From Candidatus Dormiibacterota bacterium (GTDB taxonomy: Bacteria; Chloroflexota; Dormibacteria; Aeolococcales; Bog-877): 64,000 nt of DNA. This document shows, in pieces, positions 26,789 to 36,384 of the stretch (positions are counted from its first letter, which is position 1; the number at the start of each line of letters is the position of its first letter). The notes beneath the pieces were generated by a model. The model was not told the origin of the DNA. It ran no database searches and was given only the letters and a program-made list of their open reading frames with translations. The position numbers and the translations under genes were made by a program. The stretch is from the NCBI GenBank assembly GCA_049790415.1, contig JBAQYY010000102.1, forward strand, positions 1,069 to 65,068. The letters run 5' to 3'.

Positions 26789-28153
26789 GTGGGACTTGCG
26801 GTTGGTGCGCTGGAGCGAGTTCGCGCCCGTGCCTCTGCAGCTCAGAGTGAGCGGCGCATTCCCGGTCTCGTCGTGGCAATCGGGGAACGAGGACGTCTAA
26901 TCGAGCACATCTCGATCGGACACGCCGACATTGCTAGCGGACTGCCCGCCGGCCCCGACATCCAATTCCGCATCGGCTCGATCACCAAGACGGTCACCGC
27001 GGTGGCGGTGATGAAGTTGGTCGCCGCCGGGAAGATTGATCTCCGTGGGCCCTTGAGTCAGGCCTGGAAGGGCGGCCCTCACGATGACATCTCGGTCGCA
27101 GACCTCCTAACCCACGGGTCGGGCCTGCAGCGAGAACCTGGTGGGGCGGTCTGGGAAACCCTGACCTTTCCCTCCCGAGACCAACTGGTGCAGGTGGCCG
27201 ATCAGGCGGAGAGGCTCTATCCCCAGGACAGCTGGTTCCATTACTCGAACCTGGGCTTCGCCCTTTTGGGGGAGATGGTCGCGCAGAGGACGGGTACCAC
27301 CTGGGTTAAGCACGTTACCGAGCACGTTCTGGCCCCCCTGGGTATGGTCCGCACCAGCATCTCGGTGACGTCACCCGCCGCCCAGGGATACTCGGTCGAG
27401 CCATATAAGGATGGGGTGGTCGCGGAGCCCCCGGTGGACTGTGCAGGACTGGCTCCGGCGGCCCAGCTCTGGAGCACCGCCGAGGACCTCTGTCGCTGGA
27501 GTGGACTGTTGGTGGGTGGACGGCCCGATGTACTCGCGGCCGACAGCTTGGCGCAAATGAGCGGGCTGCGCACCATGGCCGATATCCAGCACTGGACCTG
27601 GGGCTTCGGTCTGGGTCTGATGCTGCTTCGGGACGGGGAGACGGTTTACCTGGGTCATACCGGCTCGATGCCGGGGTTCCTGGCCGCCGTGGTGTGCCAT
27701 CCGGCGAGCGGCCTGGGAGTCGTGGTGTTGGCCAACACGACAGGAGGGGTGAAGATTGGTGCCCTGGCTGTCGAGCTGCTGGGCATTGTGCGGGAGCAAA
27801 GGATCCTTTCTCCCGCGTGGGCGCCCGCAGGATCGCCGCCGTCGCACATCGAGCCGCTGCTGGGCCGGTGGTGGTCCGAGTGGAACGAATGGATCTTTCG
27901 CTGGCACGATGGCCATCTGCAGGCCACCCCGGCGGACGGGGCTCAGGATGACGAGGTCACCACTTTCGAGGAGCTGTCGGCGGACGAGTTCGTCGCCATC
28001 ACCGGCCCGGAGCGCGGTGAGCGCCTTCTGGTGGTCCGGGGTGGCGCAGAGGGTATTCCCGGGCCTGAGCTCAAACTCTACTGGGCGACTTACCCATTCA
28101 CTCGGGCGCCTCAGCCCTTTGCAGGTCTAACAGTCCCCGATCTACCGGGCTGA
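26789..28153 (+). CDS. Serine hydrolase of the beta-lactamase/transpeptidase-like family (class C beta-lactamase / PBP4*-like)
   Basis: RIGSITKTVTAVAVMKL (SxxK), YSNLGFALLGEMV (YxN) and LGHTGSMPGF match the beta-lactamase-related family motifs. GTG start. Confidence 0.65.
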   Translation: MGLAVGALERVRARASAAQSERRIPGLVVAIGERGRLIEHISIGHADIASGLPAGPDIQFRIGSITKTVTAVAVMKLVAAGKIDLRGPLSQAWKGGPHDDISVADLLTHGSGLQREPGGAVWETLTFPSRDQLVQVADQAERLYPQDSWFHYSNLGFALLGEMVAQRTGTTWVKHVTEHVLAPLGMVRTSISVTSPAAQGYSVEPYKDGVVAEPPVDCAGLAPAAQLWSTAEDLCRWSGLLVGGRPDVLAADSLAQMSGLRTMADIQHWTWGFGLGLMLLRDGETVYLGHTGSMPGFLAAVVCHPASGLGVVVLANTTGGVKIGALAVELLGIVREQRILSPAWAPAGSPPSHIEPLLGRWWSEWNEWIFRWHDGHLQATPADGAQDDEVTTFEELSADEFVAITGPERGERLLVVRGGAEGIPGPELKLYWATYPFTRAPQPFAGLTVPDLPG

Positions 28154-28412
28154 AGGAACGCCAACCGCCATCCTGGCTGGCCGTTGGCCATGAACTTGAC
28201 CGCGGTGGCCGCTCTAGAAATTCATTCCGTCACGGCTTCGGCATGGGAGGGACACGGGGGCTGGTCGGAGGTGGTGGTATGACTTCATCAGTCCCGCATC
28301 GGCAGCTAGGAAGGGTGGAGAGTTCCCCGACTGACCGCTAGAGCGAGTCTTTCGGGTCGGCCCGCCGGACAACCCGGCTAAACACTCCGGCTCATCACCC
28401 TAGGAGGATCTC

Positions 28413-28535
28413 ATGAAGGTCCAGCCGTCGATCGCGACCTACCGTCACGTCAACGAGCCAGGTGCCCTTCGTGGTGGGCCCTGGATCGAATGCTCGGCCG
28501 GGCGGATTCCCTGCCAGCTCTCTAATTCCTCGTGA
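28413..28535 (+). CDS. 40-aa upstream ORF (MKVQPSIATYRHVNEPGALRGGPWIECSAGRIPCQLSNSS) with a strong SD, whose stop overlaps the GTG start of the DUF3494 gene
   Basis: AGGAGG with a 5-nt spacer before ATG 28413. Its stop TGA at 28533-28535 overlaps GTG 28532-28534 of the next gene (GTGA). No homology recognised, so this could be a leader peptide or coupling ORF. Confidence 0.3.
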   Translation: MKVQPSIATYRHVNEPGALRGGPWIECSAGRIPCQLSNSS

Positions 28536-29491
28536 GTAGCAGAATCGGCGTGCCGAAGTACTCCCGCCGTTTTGGTGTGATCGCGGCGATAGCCGCCGGG
28601 GTCGCTCTAGCCGCGCTACCGACGAGTGTCCTCGCCAACGTCGCCCCACCGAACCTGCTCACCGCTGCGAACTTTGCCGCCATTGCCGGTACTGGCATCA
28701 CCAACGCGCCTGGAACCGGGACGATCATCGCCGGGGCCGCCGCTGTTTATCCGGCGACTGCCGCTGCGGTAACGGGCTTTCCTCCGGGAACCTATACCAG
28801 TCTGGATGCCGATGGCGGCGCTGGTCAGGCTGTCGCTCTCCAAGCGCAGACTGACCTCACGGGCGCCTACACCGAGGCAGCCAACGCCACACCCTTTACC
28901 AACCTGACGGGGACTAACCTAGGCGGCTTGACGTTGACTCCGGGCGTATACCGGTTTACCTCCAACGCCCAGCTGACAGGCATCCTCACTCTGAACGGCG
29001 AGGGCCAAACCAATCCCACATTCATCTTCCAAATGGAAGCTGAACTGACCACTGCTAGCGGCTCCTCGGTGGTCTTCGAGAACGGCGCGAGCGGGTGTGC
29101 CCTGTATTGGCAGGTCACCAGCGAAGCCACCTTGGGAAGCACGACCTCATTTCAGGGCAACCTGATGACGCAGGCCGGCATCACCATGGGTTCTGATTCC
29201 ACGATCGGAGTCGGTGGAGGGGTGAACGGAGGCCGGGCCTTGGTGAACACGGCGGGTCTCTTGTCGATGGATACCGCCAACTTGATCGATGAACCAACCG
29301 GTGGCTGTGTCTATGCCGCCGCGACTACTACTACTACTCCTACGTCATCGACGACCACCCCGACGCCGGGTACCGGAATCTACGGAGTGGGACCGGGCGG
29401 CTTGCCCCTGAGCGTAATCGCGCTGACGCTCATTTGCGTAGGTGTGCTGGCCACATCGGCCGGGTTCAGTCTGCGACGCAACCGCGCATAA
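28532..29491 (+). CDS. DUF3494 (ice-binding-protein-like beta-helix) secreted protein with a Thr/Pro-rich linker and a C-terminal hydrophobic anchor plus Arg tail
   Basis: Signal peptide (RRFGVIAAIAAGVALAALPTSVLA). Then LLTAANFAAIAGTGITN...TGFPPGTYT...AQTDLTGAYTEAAN...LGGLTLTPGVYRF...LTGILTLNG...FIFQ...LTTASGSSVVF.NGASGCALYWQV...GRALV, which matches DUF3494/IBP family motifs. C-terminus ...TTTTTPTSSTTTPTPGTGIYGVGPGGLPLSVIALTLICVGVLATSAGFSLRRNRA. Confidence 0.7.
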   Translation: MSSRIGVPKYSRRFGVIAAIAAGVALAALPTSVLANVAPPNLLTAANFAAIAGTGITNAPGTGTIIAGAAAVYPATAAAVTGFPPGTYTSLDADGGAGQAVALQAQTDLTGAYTEAANATPFTNLTGTNLGGLTLTPGVYRFTSNAQLTGILTLNGEGQTNPTFIFQMEAELTTASGSSVVFENGASGCALYWQVTSEATLGSTTSFQGNLMTQAGITMGSDSTIGVGGGVNGGRALVNTAGLLSMDTANLIDEPTGGCVYAAATTTTTPTSSTTTPTPGTGIYGVGPGGLPLSVIALTLICVGVLATSAGFSLRRNRA

Positions 29492-29579
29492 CCTCTTCCA
29501 GTGACGGGGGCGTCCCCTTCACCGAGAAGTGACTGGGGGGCGGCGGCCAACGGGCCGTCGCTCCACTAGCGCGCAGCTG

Positions 29580-31175
29580 TCAGGACTGCTGCGGAGATTG
29601 GGGGCGGTAGTCCCGGGCCGACCACCCATCGGCGGGGGAGCTCAGCAAGCGGGCCAGTCCTTCGAGGGGGATGGCAACCCAGTCAGGTCGACTGCGTAGC
29701 TCGTAGTCAACCTCGTAGAGGGCCTGGCTGGCCTGCAGGCAGGTGAGCAGGACGCGCACCGTGTGGCCATCCTCGGGGACCATGCCATCGTCTCCCAGGG
29801 TCGCGAAATAATGGCCCAGGAAGGCATCGCGAGCCAGTCCCGACCAGGCGCGGCCGTACGGTCCCAGGCTGGCCGCGCTGACGTCGGCCGCATCGACTTG
29901 CTGGCGGAGGGCGACGGTGGCGGCGTAGTCGAAGGAGCGCAGCATTCCCGCCAAATCCTGGAGCGGAGTCGCCTTACGACGGCGGACGGCGATGGGTAGC
30001 GAGGGCCGCCCCTCAAAGTCGAGGGCGTGCCAGCCGGCATCGGTGCGAAGTATTTGGCCCAGGTGGTAATCGCCGTGGATCCGGATGGCCTTCCCCGCGG
30101 GCGTCAAACCGACAACCTGTTGGGCCAACTCGCGAAGGGCATTGGCGTGGACCGCCAAGGGCTCGAGGCGGGGGTCGTCTAGGCCGAGGAGCTTCTCGGT
30201 GAGTGAGTCCAGGTCGTCCGCGATGACCTGTAGGTCGTCCCCGTTCAGGGGCCGAGGAACGAGCTCCGGCGCGCTTTCAAGGCCAGCCAGGGCCAGGTGC
30301 ATCTCCGCTGTCAGAGCCCCGATCTGGCCGGCTGCGCCCGCGAAAGAGGATCCCTGGCGCTGCACGGCCTGGAGGCAGTCCTCGGGCAGAGGCACCGCTC
30401 CATCCGCGTCGATCAACAGATCGCCGTAGAGATCGCGCAGGGAGGTAAGAGCCAGAGAGAAGCCGTCGGTTCCGTTGCGGAGGTAGCTCTGGGCTACCGC
30501 CAGCGAGCTCGTGACTCCCTCGGTCTCGGCCTCCACGACTCCCAAGGGTCGAGCGATTCCCGTGAAACCAGCTGCGTCGAGCGCCTCTAGAAGCTCGACT
30601 TCCGGACTTACCCCGGGCCAGACCCGGCGCAGGACCTTGATCAGGACCTCGTCGCCATAGAGGACGGTCGACTGGCTCTGGTCCTTGGGGGCCATCTGGT
30701 TTGGCTCCAGGGCGGCCAAAGGCGGCAGGGGCGGGTGCAGGAGGCGGAAGTGGAGCCGCCCAGAGGGTGATCCCTTGATGGTGGCGCTGGCGCCCAGGGA
30801 AGCGAGGAATTTGACCGCCACCTGGGGGTCGGCAAAGCTGTCGTACACCGCCCAGCTGGAGCTGGACTCTCCCTCGGGGTCGGCCTCCTCGGGCCCGACT
30901 CGGCGGGCTACGGAGCGAATCGCCGCCGGCAGGTGTCGGTCCCAGGGGCGCACTCCCAGCACCAGCTGGTAAGCGGCGGCTATGCCGTCCTCGAAGTCAA
31001 CCGCGATCAGGGCAATCACCAACCCCGGTACTTCGCGGTCAATCCAGAACGTCTGCTCAATGTGGAGTTGCCTGATCCGTCGGTGTTTGTCAGCGAACCA
31101 GCGTTCTTGGGAGAGCGAGGCTGCCAGGGCGGCCTCGATGCCGGGGATCGCTCCCAGTTCCGGGACGGGGCTCAT
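29580..31175 (-). CDS. mak: Maltokinase (maltose 1-phosphate synthase, Mak/Pep2) of the GlgE alpha-glucan pathway
   Basis: AIRIHGDYHLGQILRTDAGWHALDFEGRP (kinase catalytic loop with DFEG), ~530 aa. ATG at 31175 has a GGAGGG RBS and overlaps the treS stop (ATGA). The 148-aa Pro/Arg-rich N-extension of the track ORF (to 31619) lies inside treS and was rejected. Confidence 0.8.
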   Translation of the reverse strand: MSPVPELGAIPGIEAALAASLSQERWFADKHRRIRQLHIEQTFWIDREVPGLVIALIAVDFEDGIAAAYQLVLGVRPWDRHLPAAIRSVARRVGPEEADPEGESSSSWAVYDSFADPQVAVKFLASLGASATIKGSPSGRLHFRLLHPPLPPLAALEPNQMAPKDQSQSTVLYGDEVLIKVLRRVWPGVSPEVELLEALDAAGFTGIARPLGVVEAETEGVTSSLAVAQSYLRNGTDGFSLALTSLRDLYGDLLIDADGAVPLPEDCLQAVQRQGSSFAGAAGQIGALTAEMHLALAGLESAPELVPRPLNGDDLQVIADDLDSLTEKLLGLDDPRLEPLAVHANALRELAQQVVGLTPAGKAIRIHGDYHLGQILRTDAGWHALDFEGRPSLPIAVRRRKATPLQDLAGMLRSFDYAATVALRQQVDAADVSAASLGPYGRAWSGLARDAFLGHYFATLGDDGMVPEDGHTVRVLLTCLQASQALYEVDYELRSRPDWVAIPLEGLARLLSSPADGWSARDYRPQSPQQS

Positions 31176-32815
31176 CCGGCGCCCTCCAGACTCAGCCAGT
31201 AAAAGGCGTGGGGCCCGAGGGTGAAGGGGTAGGGCTGCTGCCCGACGCGGGGAAAGGGCACCCGCCCGACAAGTTCGACGGGGATGGCCCCGGCAAACTG
31301 GCGCAGGTCCAACTCCACCGGCTGGGCGAAGCGGGAGAGGTTGTTCACGCAGAGGATGGTCTCGCCTTCGCTGGCTCGGAGGAACCCCAGGATCGAGGGA
31401 TTGGTAGCTTCGACCACTTCGAAGGTACCCCGGCCGAAGACGGGGTGGGACTGGCGCACGCGGATGAAGCGGCGCAGCCACTGCAGCAGCGAGGTCTCGC
31501 TGCGCTGCTGCTGTTCGACGTTGCAGGCCTGGTAGCCATAGAGGGGGTCCATTAGTGGAGGCAGGTAGAGCTGGGCGAAGTCGGCCCGTGAGAAGCCCCC
31601 GTTGCGGTCGCCATTCCACTGCATCGGAGTCCGCACTCCGTCTCGGTCCCCCACGTAGACGTTGTCGCCCATCCCGATCTCGTCGCCGTAGTAGAGGACA
31701 GGGGTTCCCGGAAAGGAGAGCAAGAGGCCGTAGAGGAGCTCCATCTGGCGCCGCCCATTGCCGAGGAGAGGTGCCAAGCGGCGGCGGATGCCGATGTTGA
31801 GCTTCATCCGGGGATCTCGGGCGTATTCGGCATACATGTAGTCGCGCTCGGCGTCGGTGACCATCTCCAGGGTGAGCTCATCGTGGTTGCGCAGAAAGAT
31901 TCCCCACTGGCAATCGGGAGGGATGTCAGGGGTCTGGGCCAGGATCTCGGTTATCGGGTAGCGCTGCTCCTGGCGCAGGGCCATGAACATCCGGGGCATG
32001 AGGGGAAAGTGAAAGCACATCTGGCACTCATCGCCGTCCCCGAAGTACGCCCGCACGTCGGTCGGCCACTGGTTGGCCTCGGCGAGGAGGACCCGGTCGT
32101 GAAAGCGAGAGTCGACCTCGCGGCGGATGCGCTTCAGGAACTCGTGAGTCTGGGGAAGACTCTCGCAGGTGGTGCCCTCTTCCTCGAAGAGATAGGGCAC
32201 GGCGTCCAAGCGCAGGCCATCAAGTCCCAAGTCCAGCCAGAAGAAGATCACCTCCAGCATGGCCTGCTGAACCTCAGGGTTCTCGTAGTTGAGGTCAGGC
32301 TGGTGGCTGAAGAAGCGGTGCCAGTAGTAAGCGCCAGTTTGGGGATCCAGGCTCCAGTTGGACGCCTCGGTGTCGACGAAGATGACCCGGGCATCCTGGT
32401 AACGGCTGGTGGTCTCGCTCCACACGTACCAGTCACGCTTGGGGGAGTGCCGGCTGCTTCGAGCCTCCTGGAACCATGGGTGCTGGTCGGAGGTGTGGTT
32501 CACCACCAAGTCGGTGATCACCCGGATGCCCCGGGAATGCGCCTCAGTGATCAGGCGTTCCATATCGGCGACTGATCCGTACTCCGGTTGGATGGCGAAG
32601 AAGTCGGAGATGTCATAGCCGCCATCCCGCTGCGGCGATGCGAAGACAGGCAACAGCCACAGGCAGTTCACGCCGAGCCAGTGCAGGTAGTCGAGTTTGG
32701 CGATCAGGCCGGGCAAATCACCAATGCCATCATCATCGGCATCGAAGAACCCTCTGACGAAGACCTCGTATATGACTGCGTCGCGGTACCACTGGGGATC
32801 GGGGCCCAGGTTCAT
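31172..32815 (-). CDS. treS: Trehalose synthase / maltose alpha-D-glucosyltransferase TreS (GH13)
   Basis: DPQWYRDAVIYEVFVRGFFDADDDGIGDLPGLIAKLDYLHWLGVNCLWLLPVF...GYDISDF...DLVVNHTSDQHPWF...GLRLDAV are the GH13 catalytic motifs, with a TreS-specific C-terminus. ATG 32815 overlaps the glgE stop (ATGA). Confidence 0.9.
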   Translation of the reverse strand: MNLGPDPQWYRDAVIYEVFVRGFFDADDDGIGDLPGLIAKLDYLHWLGVNCLWLLPVFASPQRDGGYDISDFFAIQPEYGSVADMERLITEAHSRGIRVITDLVVNHTSDQHPWFQEARSSRHSPKRDWYVWSETTSRYQDARVIFVDTEASNWSLDPQTGAYYWHRFFSHQPDLNYENPEVQQAMLEVIFFWLDLGLDGLRLDAVPYLFEEEGTTCESLPQTHEFLKRIRREVDSRFHDRVLLAEANQWPTDVRAYFGDGDECQMCFHFPLMPRMFMALRQEQRYPITEILAQTPDIPPDCQWGIFLRNHDELTLEMVTDAERDYMYAEYARDPRMKLNIGIRRRLAPLLGNGRRQMELLYGLLLSFPGTPVLYYGDEIGMGDNVYVGDRDGVRTPMQWNGDRNGGFSRADFAQLYLPPLMDPLYGYQACNVEQQQRSETSLLQWLRRFIRVRQSHPVFGRGTFEVVEATNPSILGFLRASEGETILCVNNLSRFAQPVELDLRQFAGAIPVELVGRVPFPRVGQQPYPFTLGPHAFYWLSLEGAG

Positions 32816-34794
32816 TGTTCCACCGAGAGAACCAGCGCAGGGGCCTCGGTGGGGTCGATCTCGACTTCCTGAAGGCCATTCGCCCACTCCAACGCTGTTC
32901 CGCTGAGAAGGTCAGTAGCGTGATAGGTGGTCCCCGCTCTTATCCCTAGCTGCTTGAGGGAGAGTCTGATCCGGGCTCGCTGTGCTCGGCGGGGATCCAG
33001 ATTGACCACGACCAGAACCACATCGGTGCGCGCGGAGGTGTGCTTGGAGTAGGCGAGCACCCAGGGGTTGTCGGTGCTATGGAAGTAGAGCCGGCGCAGT
33101 TGCTGCAGAGCCGGATGGCGGCGACGAATCTCGTTGAGCTGGGTGATCAAGGGGGAGAGGGAGTTGGAGCTATCCCAGTCCCGGGGCCGGTACTGGTATT
33201 TCTCGGAGTCCCAATACTCCTCGGATCGCTCCGACTGGGGCCGGTTCTCGCAAAGCTCGTAACCGCTGTAGATCCCGTAGGCGGGGGAGAGGGTGGCGGC
33301 GAGAACCAGCCGGTAGCGGAAGGCCGGGGGTCCACCTAACTGCAACTCCTCGGTCAGGATATCCGGGGTGTTGGCGAAGAAATTGGGCCGCAGGTAGTCG
33401 GGCGTGATCTTGGTCAACTGGGTCAGATAGGTTCGCAACTCGGACTTGCTGGACCGCCAGGTGAAATAGGTGTACGTCTGGCTGAAGCCAACCTTGGAAA
33501 GCTCGCCCATCAAGGCGGGGCGTGTGAAGGCCTCGGCGAGAAGGATTACATCCGGGTGGCTAGCGCGGAGTCGAGTGAAGACCCACGTCCAAAAGGGCAC
33601 GGGCTTGGTGTGGGGATTGTCGACCCGAAAGATGCGTACCCCTTGGGCGATCCAGAACTCGAGAATCTCATAGCAAGCCTGCCAGAGCGAGCGCCATTCG
33701 GCGCAGGCGAAGTTGATGGGAAAAACGTCGTCATAGCGCTTGGGAGGATTCTCGGCGGGACGGATGCTGCCATCGGGACGGTGCTCGAACCAGTCCGGAT
33801 GTTCGGTCACCCAGGGGTGGTCGGGGGAGCATTGCAGAGCGTAGTCCAGAGCAATCTCCAGACCGAGCTTCTCGGCGGTCTGCCGAAACTGCTGGAAATC
33901 GTCCAGGTTGCCCAGGTCAGGGTGAACTGCCGTGTGGCCTCCGGGAGGACCTCCGATGGCCCACGGGCTGCCCGGCTCTCCGGGAGACGCAACCGGGGCG
34001 TTGTTGCGGCCGCGGCGCGCGGTGGTGCCGATGGGATGGATGGGGGGGAGGTAGAGGACATCGAACTTCATCGCAGCGATACCGGGAAGTCGTGCCTGAG
34101 CCGAGGCCAAGGTCGCCGAGGTCTGACCGTCGGAGCCCTCGGAGCGCGGGAACATCTCGTACCAAGAACTGAAGAGGGCGGTGCGGCGCTCCACCCAGAC
34201 CGGCACCTCGGGGGATCGAACCGGCGGTGTCTGGACCAGAGCCTCTTGCATCTGTCGGGCGGTACGGGGGTCAAGGAGGTAGCGCTGTAGCTTTTCGCGC
34301 GGTCCTGGGGCGAGTTGCTCCAACTGCTCCTGAATCGCCGCGCCCCTGGCTCCGGGAAGGAGCTCCGCCCGGGACCGAGCCAATTCGATCCCGGTCAAGA
34401 GGTCCTGGCCGGGATCCACTCCCACCCGCAACCAGCGCCGGAAGTCGTTGCGCCAGCTGGCGAAGTCGTCCCGCCAAGCCTCGATCTGGAAGGTGGCTAG
34501 CTGCTGCTCAGTGAAGATGATGTTGCCGATCCAGAAGTCGTCGATGTGTCCCTTCAGGGGAACGTACTCCCAGATCGGATCCGCGCCCGGGCCGCACATG
34601 CGCCAGCGGGCACGGACGACCAGGACTGGTTGGCCCTCGCTGAAGGCGCAGGCTCTGACGGGGAACTCCTCGCCGACCACTGCCTTGGCGGCAAGGCGAC
34701 CTCCGTCGACCTGAGGCGTGACTTGATTGATGATGACCCGCTCCACATCTTCGGGGAGCGGTGGGGAGACATTGCGGATTTCGGCTTCAGGCAC
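32812..34794 (-). CDS. glgE: Alpha-1,4-glucan:maltose-1-phosphate maltosyltransferase GlgE (GH13_3)
   Basis: 660 aa. WYEMFPRS...FDVLYLPPIHPIG...HPDLGNLDDF...GVRIFRVDNPHTKP...LLAEAFT are the typical GlgE blocks. It is first in a translationally coupled glgE-treS-mak operon on the minus strand. Confidence 0.9.
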   Translation of the reverse strand: MPEAEIRNVSPPLPEDVERVIINQVTPQVDGGRLAAKAVVGEEFPVRACAFSEGQPVLVVRARWRMCGPGADPIWEYVPLKGHIDDFWIGNIIFTEQQLATFQIEAWRDDFASWRNDFRRWLRVGVDPGQDLLTGIELARSRAELLPGARGAAIQEQLEQLAPGPREKLQRYLLDPRTARQMQEALVQTPPVRSPEVPVWVERRTALFSSWYEMFPRSEGSDGQTSATLASAQARLPGIAAMKFDVLYLPPIHPIGTTARRGRNNAPVASPGEPGSPWAIGGPPGGHTAVHPDLGNLDDFQQFRQTAEKLGLEIALDYALQCSPDHPWVTEHPDWFEHRPDGSIRPAENPPKRYDDVFPINFACAEWRSLWQACYEILEFWIAQGVRIFRVDNPHTKPVPFWTWVFTRLRASHPDVILLAEAFTRPALMGELSKVGFSQTYTYFTWRSSKSELRTYLTQLTKITPDYLRPNFFANTPDILTEELQLGGPPAFRYRLVLAATLSPAYGIYSGYELCENRPQSERSEEYWDSEKYQYRPRDWDSSNSLSPLITQLNEIRRRHPALQQLRRLYFHSTDNPWVLAYSKHTSARTDVVLVVVNLDPRRAQRARIRLSLKQLGIRAGTTYHATDLLSGTALEWANGLQEVEIDPTEAPALVLSVEQ

Positions 34795-35142
34795 GAGGCT
34801 AGATTGCCACCCAGGGCCATGGCGCTGCAGTCACCTGGACCAACCGGGATGTAATCCCAGGAGGGGGATAAGCGCCCCAGGACGTTCTTATCAAGAGCCT
34901 TGTCTCTCGTAGACGGTCGCTGATGGACCAGCAGCGAGTGCGCCCCTAGCGCGGTTGCGGCGAGCGCGCAATAATCCGGCGGCGAGGCCTCCCCACCAGC
35001 GCCATCAGCGCGATACCACGTTGATAAACTGGGGCTGCAAGAGCCGCCGATCCAGCTGCGGCGTCGGACTTCGCGAGGTTCGGGCGAGTCCAGTAGTTGG
35101 TTGCCCCTACATGTAATCAGGGCTGCCCAGAGCGAGGGATAA

Positions 35143-36384
35143 GTGGTCGATTCTGGCGCGTGGTCAAACATGCTGGCGCCCTTGCGGCGGCGGGATTACC
35201 GGCTCGTGTGGTCGGGGAACCTCGTCTCACGCCTGGGCGACGGCTTCTTCACCGTGGCCATCGCCCTCGAGGCCCTTCGAGTGGATCACGCGCCTACCGG
35301 GCTCGCCTATGTCCTGGCCGCTCGGGCCGTACCTGGCGTGGTGCTGTCGATCGTAGGCGGCGTAGTGGTGGATCGAATTCCTCGACGGACGACCATGCTG
35401 ACAGCGGAGCTGGTGCAGGGTGCTGCGGTCGCCGTCATCGCTCTCCTGGTCGTAGACCATGCCATCACCCTCTGGCAGCTGGTGGTGATGGGTATCGTTT
35501 TTGGCACCGCCGACGCCTTCTCCGGGCCTGCGTCGATGGCGCTCTTGCCTGAACTAGTACCGGTCGAGATGATCACTCAGGCCAATGCCCTCAACAGCAC
35601 CAGCCAGGAGCTGTGTGTCAACTTGATCGGCCCCGCGGTGGGGGGTTTGGCGGTCGGTGTCATGGGCACCGCCGCAGCCTTCGGGTTCGATGCCCTTAGC
35701 TTCCTGGTCGCGGCTGCTTGCTTGTTTGGTTTACATCAGCGGGCGCGCCCCAGTAGCAGCGGAAAGTCCCTGCTGGCAGAAGCCGCCGAGGGGATCCATT
35801 ACATCGTGTCCCGGCGCTGGCTCTTTGTCCTGCTGATGGGAGCGGGGCTGGCCAACCTGGTCGGGTTGGGACCGTACATCGTTCTGCTCCCGGTATTGGT
35901 CCGCCACGTCTTGCACGCCAGTCCGTTGGCCCTCGGCTTGGTCTACGCCAGCGCCGGAGCGGCGGGCGTGATCGCCTCCCTGCTGGTAGCCCGTTTGGGC
36001 TCACCCCGACACTTGCTCGAAGCGATGTGGACCGCCTACTGCCTCGCTGGGCTCTTCGTCGCCGGGGTTGCCCTAGCTCCCAACGCCTGGGTGGCTGGCG
36101 TGCTGGTGGCCGGATCGGCGGGCTCTGTGGTTTACGGCGACGTGCTCTATTTCACCAAGCTCCAGACGTCGGTACCCAAGCACCTCATGGGCAGGGTGTC
36201 CTCGGTCTCCTACGTCATGGTCGGGACCTTGATTCCGGTGGGCATGATTCTGGCCGGATTCGCTGCGGCCGCCATAGGAGCTCGCGGGGCCTTCCTGGTG
36301 AGCGGGCTGCTGGCGGCTGCCTGCGGTCTGGTGCTCTTGGTGCCAGGCGCTCGATCGGTGACCCCAGAGCCGGATGGTGCGTAA
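35143..36384 (+). CDS. MFS transporter
   Basis: DYRLVWSGNLVSRLGDGFFTVAIAL...VVDRIPRR and 12 predicted helices. ATG 35170 (MLAPLRRRDYRLVW) is a likely alternative start. Confidence 0.7.
   Translation: MVDSGAWSNMLAPLRRRDYRLVWSGNLVSRLGDGFFTVAIALEALRVDHAPTGLAYVLAARAVPGVVLSIVGGVVVDRIPRRTTMLTAELVQGAAVAVIALLVVDHAITLWQLVVMGIVFGTADAFSGPASMALLPELVPVEMITQANALNSTSQELCVNLIGPAVGGLAVGVMGTAAAFGFDALSFLVAAACLFGLHQRARPSSSGKSLLAEAAEGIHYIVSRRWLFVLLMGAGLANLVGLGPYIVLLPVLVRHVLHASPLALGLVYASAGAAGVIASLLVARLGSPRHLLEAMWTAYCLAGLFVAGVALAPNAWVAGVLVAGSAGSVVYGDVLYFTKLQTSVPKHLMGRVSSVSYVMVGTLIPVGMILAGFAAAAIGARGAFLVSGLLAAACGLVLLVPGARSVTPEPDGA

Noticed and set aside
31176-31619. 148-codon N-terminal extension of the maltokinase ORF
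   Set aside because: Pro/Arg-rich, non-homologous, and it overlaps the treS coding region. The conserved Mak sequence begins at the ATG at 31175, which has its own GGAGGG RBS and forms an ATGA overlap with the treS stop.
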